DNA of 64,000 bases from Blastocladiella emersonii ATCC 22665. Its lineage: Eukaryota; Fungi; Blastocladiomycota. A model generated the notes under the pieces. That model saw nothing but the letters and a program-made list of their open reading frames with translations. It was not told the origin of the DNA and ran no database searches. The stretch is from positions 682,001 to 746,000 of the forward strand of contig JANHCV010000014.1 of NCBI GenBank assembly GCA_025594325.1, in the 5' to 3' direction. Shown here in pieces: positions 47,006 through 59,443 of this stretch (its first letter is position 1; the number at the start of each line of letters is the position of its first letter). The position numbers and the translations under genes are program-made.

Positions 47006-49348
47006 GCGACGCGCTGGAGCTCGCGGACGACGACACGCGCCGTCTCTGCATCGAACTCGTGCTTGGCGCTGTTAGCCATGTCCTCGACCCATTTGGCGTC
47101 CTTTATACTGTCGAGGGCACCGTCGGGAACGAGTTCGCAGAAATCGAGCGGAAGCGCTTGCTCGGAACCGAGCTTCGTGAGAGCAAGGGCAGGCTCGGCA
47201 CGGAAAAGAAACCGGAGCGCCTGTTCGAGGCGCGGGAACATCTGCTCGCCACATCTCGGACACGTCCCGTTCGGGAAATCGGCCAGCTCCTGGTTGAATC
47301 TGAAGCCAAGCCCACCCTGCGCAAATTCTCGGTCAATGATGCGGCGGATCAAGTCGGAGCAGTCGCTAGAGAGCCACGGGCCAGCCGAGTCCGTGCTCAA
47401 TTGAATAATCTGGTGCAAGTCCGACACGGCAGCAGCCCATGATGGATGAAATTCGAGAGCACAGCAATTCGTCTCTTCGCGCGGGGTCGGCGAGTAGAGG
47501 GTTATCGCTTAACGGCCGAGAAGGCGGTTGAGCGTGATGAAAAGGAACCGGCGTGCCGTGACTGCACCCTTGGCGCGGGTTTGCGCGAGCGCGGCGTCGC
47601 GTGTGGCCGGATCGGCAAGTACGACAACAGGCAGCCATGCCATGGCGTGGGATTCCTGGAGACGCGGTGCAGGAGCAACGCCAAGGTACTCGTTTGCAAG
47701 TCGGAACAGGAGCCAGGGGCTGAGTAGCTTCTCCTCGCCACACGTAAACAGGTGACCTAGTGTCGCCGAAACCAACTGCGAGTATGCTGAAGGGACGGTT
47801 AGTTCCACCTGAACGACAATCAGGGCCTCGGCAAGCGCAGCTGCAAACTTTGCAAGCGCAGATTCAAACTGCTCGCACCCGAGCTCGCGAGAGCTGAGCA
47901 GCAAAATGTGCATCGCATCGCAGCTATCCGTGTCAGCTGAGAGCAGGGTATCACGGAACACTGCAATCCCGGAGGTTTTTCAAGATCGTGCGTGGGAGCG
48001 GACGGTTACGTACCCTTGGCCAGCACCGCCGAAATCCGTGAACCCGACGTGAGCTGTTTGAACGCAAACTGAGAAAGCTCCCCAGAACCGGTCTCATTGT
48101 CCTGGTCCAGCCCGGCGAAGACAATGTTCGTCCACGAAAGAGAGCTGAGCAGACCCAAGTCATCCACAAGCCCGATCAAGTTGGTATTCATGTCTGCTAA
48201 CGTCCATGTGCGGACTTGGAACGCGATCAGATGCAGATCGGTCGGATCCAGGCCGTCAGTAAGGCAGGCCGGGTACCGATGCACGGCATGATATAGAAAG
48301 AAAGTTGCGCAAGGCCGAATAAATCAAGATGATCGCGATGTGCACTACGCTGACGATTTGAGCCGGAACAGGCTTGCGCGTGCTGAGAAGCCAATCGAAG
48401 ATAGGCATGAGCTCTTCGGATGGGCGAGTCTGGTTATTCAGAGCTCTGATCGCAAAAAACCCGAGCACGTTATCGCCAAAGGCATGCTGGAGCGCCTTGA
48501 GGTCAGCTCCGAAACGCGACGCGCTGAGGATGCGAAAGGAGTCGCTTCGCCACGCGACGGCGGAGAGAAGGAGCAAGTGATCGAGGAAGGGCATCGGCGG
48601 CAACTTGTTCTCGGGCTCCTCGCCCACAACCGTGTGGAGTTTCGACTTGCACAGGAACATGAGCCCGTGCCAGGTCAGATGCCACCATTCCATGGGCTGC
48701 ATTTTCATGGCGAGAACAGCCGGGACATGCTGCTGCACGGCATTCAACAGCTGCTCGAGCAAGCTCGCGTCATCCATGAGCACAGCGGCGGCAAGGATGA
48801 GGTAGGGCGCGGCGAGGTGGGCATGCGACGCGTAAACGTGTCGCAGTTTGGCGAGGTCGCCAATCGGGGTGGGACACGTGCAATGGTAGTAATGCAACCA
48901 CCATTTCGACTCTTGCGTAAACGTTGTCGAGTCCCGGCGTTCATATTGGCGCTGGTCAAACAAGAAGCCCTTCATGAGCGCGACAAGGTAGCTGGCATCA
49001 GGAGCGCGAGGCCCGGCCAAGGCAAACTCGATTGTTTTGGCAAAGGAGACCTGATTGAGAGCTCGCGTGCAGGCCCAACGAGGCAGCGCGAAGCGACGCA
49101 GGAAATTGAGCGAGGCTGTGCAAGGTGTAGAACCAACAAGATGAGCGTGTCGGGAAGCGCTGCGAAGCGAGCGTCGCGCTCGTCGGGTTCCGCCGAGGGT
49201 GCAACGGACGGCACATCCACGTCGCCGGCGCCGCTGGGAGCAGATTGCACCGAGTCGCGAAGGTTATTCATTCGATTCATGGTCGTGCAGCCGGTTCCCG
49301 AGGAGCGCAAGCTGAGCGCGACGCGTGAGAAACTGACGAGCGTGTCGC

Positions 49349-49369
49349 TCACGTGATTGTTTGACGCGT
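49349..49369. promoter_or_regulatory. Composite motif TCACGTGA-N7-ACGCGT
   Basis: About 70 bp upstream of ATG 49280 (minus strand). Confidence 0.6.
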
Positions 49370-49507
49370 TTCTCCGAGCTTTCCCGCCCTTCAAGTCCAC
49401 GGCAACGTCGCGAAGTGTGAACCCGATAAATCAAATCGGAGGAGGTCGTTCGTATTATCATCAACACGTTAGAAATGGCGATGCATGTACTCTCATCGGA
49501 AACCAGA

Positions 49508-51373
49508 TCACTCGCGCGACACCGAGGAATTGTACCAGTTCTTGACCTTGATCCACGGCTCATCCGAGATGCGACCGTCAGCCCTTGCCAGCTGAATGAA
49601 TTTGAAAATCGAGTCCTTGCGCTTCGGGGCCCACTCCGCCGCGAGCAGCAGATCAACAAACTGCAGCGAGAGGCGCCATGGCTGCCCGCGCAAGGTGTTC
49701 ACGCCCTTGGCAAACGCTTCCACTCGTCCCGGTTCACTGAGATACACCTCGGCGACCGTGACCATTTGCAGCCCGAGTCCGTTGACGCCAAGCGGCGCAG
49801 CATCAAGTGGCTCGTTGGTCCCCGGCAACGGCGCACCAGGGTAATCAAGATCAATCAACGATTAAAGAATCCCGCACTTGCACGGCCGCATAAGCAGCTT
49901 CCACCGGCCTACCAAGTCCTCAAGCGAAGCCAAGTACGCGCGCCAAATTTCGTGCGCTGCTGCGACGGTTGCGGCGTAAAGATCGCGCCACTCAGCGTCC
50001 GTGTACGGCTCGGTTCGCAGCGTCCAAGTAAAAGGGTCCTCGGTGCAATCGTATGCTGCTGGAAGTACGAGGTGGCGATGGCACAGAATAAGCGGAACGC
50101 ATTGCGCCAGCTCGACCACGAACGACGCATCAAAGCGGGGTGAATGGCCCCACTGGAAGATTGATTCAAGGATGGATTCCAGCGCAGCCTGGTGCGGCCA
50201 CCACCATCGAAGCTGTTCAATGAGCTCCTCGACAAAGCCGTGGTGTACACTTGGAAGCCTTGAGATCGTAAGCCACGCACTGCGGTGGAGATTCCAGCCA
50301 ATGACATGTTTGCCAATGAGCCGGAGAAGGTTGTTGAGCTTGGCAGGCGACGCTGCGTGGACCTTGGACGAAGCAGGAAGCAGCGCGTGCACGCGATTGA
50401 GGACACGCTCAACGCCGTCAACGTAGTCGATGCGGAGGAAGTTCGTTTCGCTGCCGCGGTAGCCAGCGTGGTCGGCAAGAATGGTGAGATCAGCAAGCAG
50501 CCGTGCATTGGCCAGAGCTCCGCCACCACGGTGCGATTCGCGGATGAAGGCGAGAAAAAAGGACCAGGGGCACCACTTGGGATCGTCGGCGTGCAGCTGC
50601 TCTTGGCGCGGCGCATCAGGCAAGAGCTCAAGAACAAACTGCGGCGACATTTTCATCAAAGCGCGCGCGGCAGCGTGTGAGCACGTCGAGAATTTGGGAT
50701 AAAAAGTTTAAGTTTTTTGGTACCGCCAGGCGGTAAAGATGGTCGCGCGCACAAGCGGGGCGGCGACGTCGGGCGCAACGTCAACGTCAACGTTGTCGAG
50801 AATGGCCAAGCAATGCGGAATGGGGTCCTTTGCTGCGTCGCAGTACACAAAGTACGTATTGTGACGGTTCTTGCCGTTGCGGTTCTTGAGCGTCACGAGC
50901 GCCGCCAAGGCGTTGAGTGCGCGCCGTTCGATCGCAATCTGGTGGAGCTTGACGTAGAGAGCTAGGTCGAGGGGAAGCTTTCCGTGGCAATAAATACGCA
51001 AGATTTTCTACGCGGGTCCCGGACCAACGTCGCGGCGGACCATGGTTTCCAGAAAGCGGGCAACAAGCTCGCGGGGTTGCTGGTGCTTGTTTGAGTGCGA
51101 TCCGGACTTCGGCTTGGTTCGGCGGACCCGAGGGCCATAGTACGGAGGTGCGAGGTTCATAAAAGTAGCTTGGTCGCCTGCTGCGAGCGCAAACAGCATG
51201 CGGCACTCGGCGCGGCCTTGCCACGGTTGAGAAGATGCGAGGGCGCGGCTGCAAGCGCGGACGGCAGGCGCGTCACCGAGTGACAATTATCGCGCGACCG
51301 CTCGCTCAACGTCGATCGGCAGTGTCTCGAGGGTCATAGGCGCAAGTTGCATAGAGCCTTTCGTTGCTTCCAT
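49508..51373 (-). pseudogene. Divergent F-box-like gene G with four in-frame stops
   Basis: LETLPIDVERAV. ORFs 51287, 51008, 50708, 49862 and 49508 all share one register, with no frameshift. Confidence 0.6.
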
Positions 51374-51517
51374 GGTCGCAGAGTGTTCTTGGAGGGAGCG
51401 AGATAAGCGGACGGTCGCACATGTGAGGTGAGGTGGCGCTCGCCCACGCTTGCCCCAACGTTGCTTTGAGCCGCTGGCGGCCGCCCTTGCTCCCGCGCTC
51501 CTCGCACACCAGTCGCT

Positions 51518-53935
51518 ATGAACACACCACCCATGGAAAATGAAGGAGACTTGCTGCAAACTGCGATTTATGACTCGTTCGACTTTTCGTCGCTGCCGGC
51601 CGAGCTCACGGCAATGGTCCTCCAGCTCGTCACGCCGCGGCCCTGTGTCCGCCTTGCTTCGCGCGCACTCGCGCTCCTGTCCGGTGAACTGCAGGTGAAG
51701 CGAATGTGGATTGAACGCCGCTGGAATGACTTGTTTATCGAACATCACCCTGGGACTTGTCCGGACGACGGCGCTTCCACTCCTGCGACTCTGATGAGCG
51801 CTGTGCTCGACGTTTGCGACGATGAAGATGACGACCGGCCACTCAAGTTCAATGACATCGAGCCCCTGTTCCTTGCCACCGTATACTGTCTGCTTGACAT
51901 CATACAGGCTTTGCTACGAGGATTGGAAAACACCGCCGACCGCATGGCCAACCTGCTTCGCCAGCCACTTAACCAAGTCCAGCGTCGTTACCTTCCTACC
52001 ACCAAGTACCCTATCCACTCGCTTTTCCAGGGCTTCATTGAAGTAGTTTATAATGCCCCGTCATCAACGCTTGGCCTCCTGCTTGAAGCCACGCTCACAA
52101 AAGCTCCTGATATTCTTTTGGCGCGTATGCCGTGGGCCAAGTGGATCAAGCTTCACTCGAACCTCGCGTACATGCATGCTGAGCTGCCTATCCTCCTTGA
52201 CGAGCTCAGCATTGAGTCACCCGACCCGCAAATTGCCAATGTGCTTGCATTCCTTGCGCTCACTTTGGTGGAGCGGGAGACCTTAGGGGTGATCCTGGAC
52301 CCTCGCTTTGGCTGCGACACGGATATGTTGTTCATAAGCACGCGCAAGCCATTTGCCGCGAACTTGGTGTGTGTCGGAATCGCTGACCCTGACAATGCTT
52401 CGATCGAGGATGCCATCTACTTTCTCGACTTTATGCTGGTCAATACCTGGAGCAATCCACCGCTCATCAGAGTCGGTGATACGTTCCTTGCCCTCGAACT
52501 GTGCAGGTTTCCCTCTCCTGTGCTCCTTGCGCACCTTGCGGCCCAGCACCGTGGCTTCCTGCCTGATCCCGCAAACGATCCGGATGACTTGCTGACTCTC
52601 ATCAACCATTGTGCGCATGGGTCGTGGACGCTGGATCCCGACTTTGCGCCATTTCTTGCTGTTCTGATGGAGCACGGCATTCTTAACGACTGGTTCTGGG
52701 ACTGCAAACTGCGCCAACTTATTTTTTCGCAAGACAGCTCATTGGCGCTTTCCGCTCTTGTTGACAAGCGCTTTGGAGATCGACTTGGCGCTGTGCTTGC
52801 TCGAGGTACACCAACTGTTACGCTTTGCTGGAAACGCTGGCTATCCCATGCCGTTCAACCGCTAATGCTAATGGCTTCGATGCCCTGTCTAGTCATTAAT
52901 GAATGTCTCTTGGGCTCGGTTGTAAAGCCGACTGAGGTTGTCAATTTTGCCGTTTGCCATTTCCCCGACCGCATCCAGGAGCTCATGGCCAGCGCCGCTT
53001 CGGAGTTGCAACCAACATTTGATCGCGCTCTTCCCATGGTCGTCCCCGGCGTTGCAGAAAAATTGTTTGCCCATCACTACCTACGCCAGTTGGAGAACAT
53101 AACGTATTGGCCCTACTTTCTGCTTGCAAACGCGCTTCTCACTACGTCGCTGGTTCAGCGCGATGGAGCAGACCTCTTTTATATGGCTTGGCTCACGGTC
53201 GCAGCACTTCGTGACCCAGCAACTCACGATTCGGCTGTTACGGTGATCCGCGAAATGGGCACGGCCGCAGCTCATATTTCGCTTCTCTTGTTTTCCACAC
53301 AGCGTCAACCGCATACGTACGTTGCGCTGCCCCTCGACAATGGGCGCACCACGTGTCAAACTTGCCCGCTCTCGAGCCAGCAGTCGTTCTTTGACACGCT
53401 TGCCGAGCTGCTTGTGATTCACGACGGGGCGCTCTCCATCTCGGACCTGCCTTGCCATGGCGGGACCGAAATGACAAACATGCTCATGGATCCCGCCTTT
53501 GCTGACACTATCCTTGCGATGTGGCAGCGGCGCGAGAATTCGTGCACCTGCGGTGACATTCTTGTTCCTTATCCTTGGCATCGCGTGGTCGAATTTCTCG
53601 TACGCATGGACTCGAAGTGCGTCCTCGAGTTGCTCCAGACGTCCGACTCAGCTCAAGACCTCCCAATCGAGTTTTGGAGGTGCGTTCCGGACGGTGCGCT
53701 CGACGGGATCTGGGGCACGACCCTGCTTGCTGCAGCTGCTGTCCGTCTCACAGAGTATGATCCGGCAGACGCCGTGATGCGTGAACTTGTGCGCGTGGGG
53801 CCGCAGACCGTGCGAATGGCCGAGTTCCGCAAAGCTCTTTGCGCCATGTCGGCGTCTCGCAGCAGCTCAGAGGCTCTCAACGTGCTGGACGCGATGCTGC
53901 TCGAGGACACGTTCGACGGTTCGCCAGACTTGTGA
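51518..53935 (+). CDS. Large F-box-like protein H (single 805-codon ORF)
   Basis: FSSLPAELTAMVLQLVTPR. Family motifs WPYFLLAN, CQTCPLSSQ and LPIEFWRCVPDGALD. ATG at 51518 or 51533. Confidence 0.75.
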   Translation: MNTPPMENEGDLLQTAIYDSFDFSSLPAELTAMVLQLVTPRPCVRLASRALALLSGELQVKRMWIERRWNDLFIEHHPGTCPDDGASTPATLMSAVLDVCDDEDDDRPLKFNDIEPLFLATVYCLLDIIQALLRGLENTADRMANLLRQPLNQVQRRYLPTTKYPIHSLFQGFIEVVYNAPSSTLGLLLEATLTKAPDILLARMPWAKWIKLHSNLAYMHAELPILLDELSIESPDPQIANVLAFLALTLVERETLGVILDPRFGCDTDMLFISTRKPFAANLVCVGIADPDNASIEDAIYFLDFMLVNTWSNPPLIRVGDTFLALELCRFPSPVLLAHLAAQHRGFLPDPANDPDDLLTLINHCAHGSWTLDPDFAPFLAVLMEHGILNDWFWDCKLRQLIFSQDSSLALSALVDKRFGDRLGAVLARGTPTVTLCWKRWLSHAVQPLMLMASMPCLVINECLLGSVVKPTEVVNFAVCHFPDRIQELMASAASELQPTFDRALPMVVPGVAEKLFAHHYLRQLENITYWPYFLLANALLTTSLVQRDGADLFYMAWLTVAALRDPATHDSAVTVIREMGTAAAHISLLLFSTQRQPHTYVALPLDNGRTTCQTCPLSSQQSFFDTLAELLVIHDGALSISDLPCHGGTEMTNMLMDPAFADTILAMWQRRENSCTCGDILVPYPWHRVVEFLVRMDSKCVLELLQTSDSAQDLPIEFWRCVPDGALDGIWGTTLLAAAAVRLTEYDPADAVMRELVRVGPQTVRMAEFRKALCAMSASRSSSEALNVLDAMLLEDTFDGSPDL

Positions 53936-54505
53936 GTAGCCGGCTCATGGAGAGAATGCACCGCCAGCACTCCACGATAGACTACCGATTTGTTGTTTTT
54001 GATGCCAGTGAGCGAATTGATCAGCGACCTCGCCAATTATCGTACAATTTATTGTCTGCGCCTGCGAAGGTTCCGTATGATAGCCGGGGCGCTTGGCTGT
54101 GTACAAGACGCGCGAGTCAGCTGCTCGAGACATCCGTTGAACTGGCGGAACAAACGGAGGGCGATCACGGCAGGGAAATGTTCGCACTCGTTGTCCCATC
54201 AACCATTCGTTCAATGCGTTTGCCGCCGAAACGGAGACTGACGACTTGCTCAGCGCCAAGCAGGCACGCTCTTCACGTCATGCGGCATTCCAGCTGACTA
54301 CCAGAAGTGAAGCGACTAGGTGGCTCGGGAGAAAAAAATTCCGACGCGATGGAACAGCCTCGCATAACTGGGAGGGGAAACGGGCACTTCGCGACGCGTT
54401 GCTCATGGGCGGGTGGCGGTCATGTGATGGGAGGAAGACGCCACGACGCGCTTCGCTCTCCCGTTGCAGACGCTGTCATGAAGCAAATGGAGGTGACACC
54501 AATGA

Positions 54506-57500
54506 ATGACTATGCAATCTACTCGGCCACCTTCACCGGGAACGATGCGGGCGCTCCGCTTTGGAAATCTTCCAACCGATCTCGTGCTTGCTGTGGTCCA
54601 GCTCGCACGACCGCGCGTGACGGTCGTCCTCGCCTCGAAAGCTATGCATCGCTTTGCGTCCGATCCGCTCGCACTCCCTGCATGGATCATCTCCCGTCTC
54701 GCTTCCCAGTCATCCGAGGGTGCTCTGGAATGTGTCTCAACTTTACTTCAAATCCCAGATACTCGCCACTACCCTAATCCGCGAGATGAGGCTCGGACTG
54801 CCTCGACACTCGCCGCCAGCTACTCTCGCACCGTTCCGCTGATGCATGCCCTCATTCCGTGTGCCAGGCGCCGAGCCGAGGCGCAGCGTCGCACATTGCT
54901 GCCCGATGCCGCCGAGGAGTCCGGCTTTCATGTCATTGAGCTTGTCGAAGTCGCTCAGCTTGCCTTGCCGGGACAACTCTTCCAGAACCCGCTTGCCGTT
55001 CACCTGATCGTCGCGACACATGCAACCATGACCGGCTCCCCCCTTCTCCTTCAGCAGGTACTCGACGATATCCAAGCTTACTGGCCAGAGCTGCTTGAAC
55101 TCGCTCTCCTGTGGTCCGAGTGGGCCAAGATGTTAAGCGACTCGGTGCTTCCCTTTGACTACGAGCATCCCGACCCCTTCGAAAACTCCCAGTTTGAACT
55201 CCGCCTGATGGATGTCTTGGCTTTCCTTGCTGTGAACTACTGGCAGGACGAGACGTTCGAGCTGTTGTTGAACCCGCAGTATGGCGTCAACACGAAGGAG
55301 CTTATTGGCGCACTGGAGGACGAGGTTACCGCCGTCCCGGTGTATTATGGAATGTGCGATCGGGCTCCATCGTACAAGCGCGTGGCCGGCATCATGGCGC
55401 TACTCTACAAGCACGGCTGGTCCAATACGTTTGTGGGGGAGAAGACGGCCCTTGATCTGCTCATTGAGCACGTACCGTTTGCACTTCCTCTCATTATGGC
55501 CCGCGCGCCCACCCAGGTTGGCGCGGACTTGGACGCCTGGGGCAGAACCGAAGTTGATTGGATGGTCAAGAAAAGCCTGTTGGTCGATGACAATGGGCGC
55601 CGTATAACATACCGCGATATCGAGTCGACTACCATCGGGAAATGGGGGATCACCCCGCTGCGGTGGATCACGAAGATCTTCCTAGATCACTGTGATCTAC
55701 GAAGATCTTAGCCCTGCGGAAATCTAGCCCCGCTCGACCAGTCCGGAGTGGTTCCGCTCGCGAAGATCTTGGCTCCCGACATAGATCTACGAGTAATCTA
55801 TGGTGTTCGACCACAAATCTAGGAAGGAGTCGAGCGCTTGCACTCGCGCAGCGAACGACTTTGAGACAAAACTCGCGCGGCGCGTCCTTGACTCTCAAAT
55901 CACAATACCGATCATCGCTGCCTTTGTCCTCCATAGTCGCGTTTGGAATAAATCAAGCAGTTCACTGGACTATCTCTCAGTCGTGCATCAGCGCGTCGCA
56001 CAGGCGGGTCGGGAGAATCGTGGTTCAAGTGAGCAAACAGGGAGCACCACACATGCAGCGTGACCAACGAAGTGGGAAGGAGAAAGGGCCAGGGGCATCG
56101 ATTCCCTCGAGGCGGTGTGCAGGATCGGCGTCAAGGAACGTGAAAATGGAGCTGTTGAAGAGCTGCACGGGCACGACAGGAATCAAGGTTGCGGGTGCCT
56201 GCCAGTGTGCCTTCAAGCGGGAGCGAGGTCGTAAGCGGGCGTAATCACGATGTTGTAGAGCCGCCAACAATTTTGCAGGACGGATCAGCGAGTTCCGGCT
56301 CGCGCATCTCACCACGTAGCAGGTCGGGCAGAGCAGCGACGGCCAGGATCCGCAGCTGTTTCGAGATCGTTCGACCACGGAACCACGCGGCGAGGGAGTT
56401 GCAGCGTGTCAGGAATGAGATCTTCAGACCTGCGTTGTGTATGCTTGACAAGAGGGGAGGAGACATGGACCGACGCGACGCGGCGAAGCTGTCAAGCAAG
56501 GCGGCGGTCAAGCGCACGTGAGGATCGGCGGCGTTTGTTTTGGGCCAAGTCCTATGCTCGGTCGCCACTGCCCACCGCCCACCCTCGCCGGCGCCGACTT
56601 CCTCTCTCCTCCCCCGCCACTCGTCCTTCCCCCCAACTCCCCTACGACGCATCCAACTCCATGCACTTGCTCCAGGACTGCATCGGGCACATCGCCATGG
56701 CCTGCGCCGGGTACGAGCCAGACCCTCCCTGCGCCGTCATGTGCACGCCACCTCGTCACCTCGCACGGCCGCCACCAACTGCTGCCTCACGCCGCGCCGC
56801 TGACCGTCGCACCGGTTTGCCCTCACTGACGCCTCTCTCGTGCTCCCGCTGTCCAGGTCCCGCCGCGGCTGATACTGCCCGCCCAAGCCGGCCGACGCCA
56901 CCCTTCGCCCCCCGGACGCTCTGAACCTCGCTGGCGTCGGCGACGTGGACGCTCTCGTCGATCCTGCCGTCCTATCCTTCCTGGGGCTCGAGACGGCCTG
57001 CGGTCGCATGCTCATGGCGCCGCGTATCGTCGCCGCCATCGGTATCCCGCACGACGTGGCGCGCGCGCGGCGACGGCGCCCAGCAACCGCAAGTCCGAGG
57101 TGCTGCTCAACCTCACGTTCGACTGGAACCGCAGGGCAACGACGTATGTTTGCGATCGTCCGCTTTGGGCTGCTTCCCAACCAGCGATCTGACCCGGACC
57201 GCCCCGCCTATAGAACCTACGCCCGCGGCATCGTCAAGCTGACTGCCCATGGCACCCGCTCGCGCACCCTAGGCGACCTGTCCCCCTCCCCGAGTCGTGC
57301 GTGTGTTTTCGCGTGTCTGGTCGCCCACGCTAACGCCACCGCTGGCCGACGTAGCAAAGCTGCCCGGGCCGCACCTGTTCGCCATCGTGGATCGACTCGC
57401 ACCTGATCGCACGCTCGTCGACATGGTGTACTTCATCGAGCTGGTACGCGTCGCGCACGATCCTGACTCGCTTCGTAGCTCACGCCCCAACGTGTCTGTG

Positions 57501-59266
57501 TAGTTTGCTCCCGTGGTCCAGTCGTACGTGCAGGGGTCGGCGGCGCCCATCGTGGATGTCGACATGTTCCGCCGCAGCTACTTCCACTCGCTGGTTGCGA
57601 GCATCGAGCGTCGCCGGGCCGCTCACCCGTTTGTCCGCATGATTACGGAGGAGGTCGTGCGCCGGTCGTTCACCAAGTCCACCGCCGCTGCCGCTGCCGC
57701 TGCGACCGCAGCCTCGGCGGCGGGTGCCCGAGGCGCGAGTCCGTACGGAGTCGCGCTGGATAGCGACGACGACGACGACGACGCGTAGATTTGATGCACA
57801 ATACAGATCTGTTTCTCACTCATCGAACTCTCCCGTTGTGTGCTGAGATCTCTCGCTTGGCGAAGATCGCTTGAAAATCTCACAGGTCTCCTCAGCGGCG
57901 GGGAAACTACGTTCGTTGCGAAGATCTATCGGCCCTGACGGAGTCGAGCTCGGCTGGACGGGAGGGATAGATCTATGGTGAGATCTATAGAAAACATAGG
58001 TTTGCAGTGGATTTCTACCTAGATCTTCCCCGGCTATTTTGGCCCCCGAAACCCTAAGATCTATGAAAGATCTAGCTAGATCTCTTCGAGATCTTAACCC
58101 CCAATTTCCCGATGACGTATCCGTTTGCATTTTTTGGACACGACTACTTTGCCAAGCTGCTTTGCCGTGCCTTGCTTGAACAGCAAGATGACGTGGTTGG
58201 TTCACTTTGCACCGCCATGACCCCTCGGGAAGCTACTTGGGAGGCGGTACTTGAGAAAGGTACGTTCCTTTTGCTTGTCTCCCTGTGGATAAACCTAGCC
58301 AACCACTCACCTATTGCACATTTTACAGCATTCTCAGCCGCCTACAACGAACCCTCAATCAGCGGCCGCATCCTTGATTGTTTGCTTGCGTTAGCGCTTG
58401 CGGCGGGCCATGCAAAGTTTACCGAGCGTTTTGCGGCTGAGGCGCTCAAATTCAAAGCTCCCAATCCGGGCCGGCGCTTTGGGGCCATCGTTGCACTGCT
58501 TGACGTGGACAAGCCGACGGCCGCCCGACTCGATGTCCTAGCAATCGTCACGCGACTGCTTCCCACCAAGATGGACAGTTTTCCAACGATCATAGCTTCT
58601 CACGCGCTTTCGTGGCTGACAACCTCGGTTCTGGCAGTTGAGGGGACCAAAGGTCGCGCCCTCGAGGTCATTCGTGGCTTGGGCACTGCTGGCCAACTGC
58701 TGTGCGCGATGCTCGCTGCGCATCTTTCGTCCGACAGGGACCCTATCTTCCCAACCCTTCCCCCCGGCTTCATGACCTGTCCTGACTGCCCGCTCTCGTA
58801 TCAAACCCCGTGGCGCAACGCTTTCGTCTCGCTCCTCGCGCTTGTGAGCCCCGAGACTGACCTGTCCCAATCGCTCGCCGTCTACCTTGCCGCGCCGAAA
58901 CCGAACCACGAGTATGCGCACGATTACGAGCTCGCCAACACATGCTGCGCTCCCACTGGCACCGGCACGACTCGTTTGATTGTGGCCAAGTTGCAAAGTA
59001 AAATGCAGCGGCTGTTGGCCGATCTGATTGACGCACTTTCGCCAGTCGCCCCAGCCCTCACGGAATGGATTCCCGACGACGCCCTTGTCAATGTGCTCCA
59101 GGATGCGGACGTGCGTCGCATCGCTGGCGCGCCTGGGATGGAGGTTTGTCATCTCGACGAGCTGAAACGGATCTCGCGGGCGCGCAAGAGTCTTCCCGTG
59201 TTTGAGCGCGCAGTGTCGGAAATTAGCGTTCATGAGAAGCGCGAGCGACGGAGCCCGTCAACGTAG
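54506..59266 (+). pseudogene. Large F-box-like gene D interrupted by a TIR transposon
   Basis: Removing 55633-58116 restores the in-frame reading DIESTTYPFAFFGHDYFAKLL, matching DILTVSYPFGQLGNNYFAKLL in gene C. Intron at ~58261-58328. Confidence 0.85.
55633..58114. mobile_element. 2482-bp non-autonomous TIR element with CATCG ends and a 2-bp TSD (AC)
   Basis: Left end CATCGGGAAATGGGGG, reverse complement of right end CATCGGGAAATTGGGGG. AC at 55631-55632 and 58115-58116. AGATCT-type subterminal arrays. Spliced-looking coding remnant at ~56660-57790. Confidence 0.88.
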
Positions 59267-59443
59267 CGAGCGGGAATAAATATGCAATTTGTTGTTAGGT
59301 GCGGACGTCCTTGAATCTTGGAAATGTGCACACGCTGCCCCGTTGTCAAGCAACAGCTTGCGGATTGCGCAACTACCTGATTGGCGCAACAACTACGATA
59401 ACAACCGCACAATCAACTGCAGCCAGAAGCCAAGAGCCGTTCA

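Larger units (their letters stand above)
44353..49280 (-). pseudogene. Large F-box-like gene F, frameshifted and interrupted by an LTR element
   Basis: MNRM start and FAALPDTLILLVLHLAQPR. Frameshifts at ~49040 and ~48320. The last codons (RVAPVASRNSAEHFLASLNL-TAA at 44353) lie on the far side of the LTR element. Confidence 0.75.

Noticed and set aside
30263-51373. Stop-codon reassignment (TAA/TAG = Gln) explaining the in-frame stops
   Set aside because: LAP ends in TAA and DHHC in TAG at plausible C-termini. TAG 33673 aligns with Glu and TGA 35143 with Arg in paralogs, and frameshifts co-occur.
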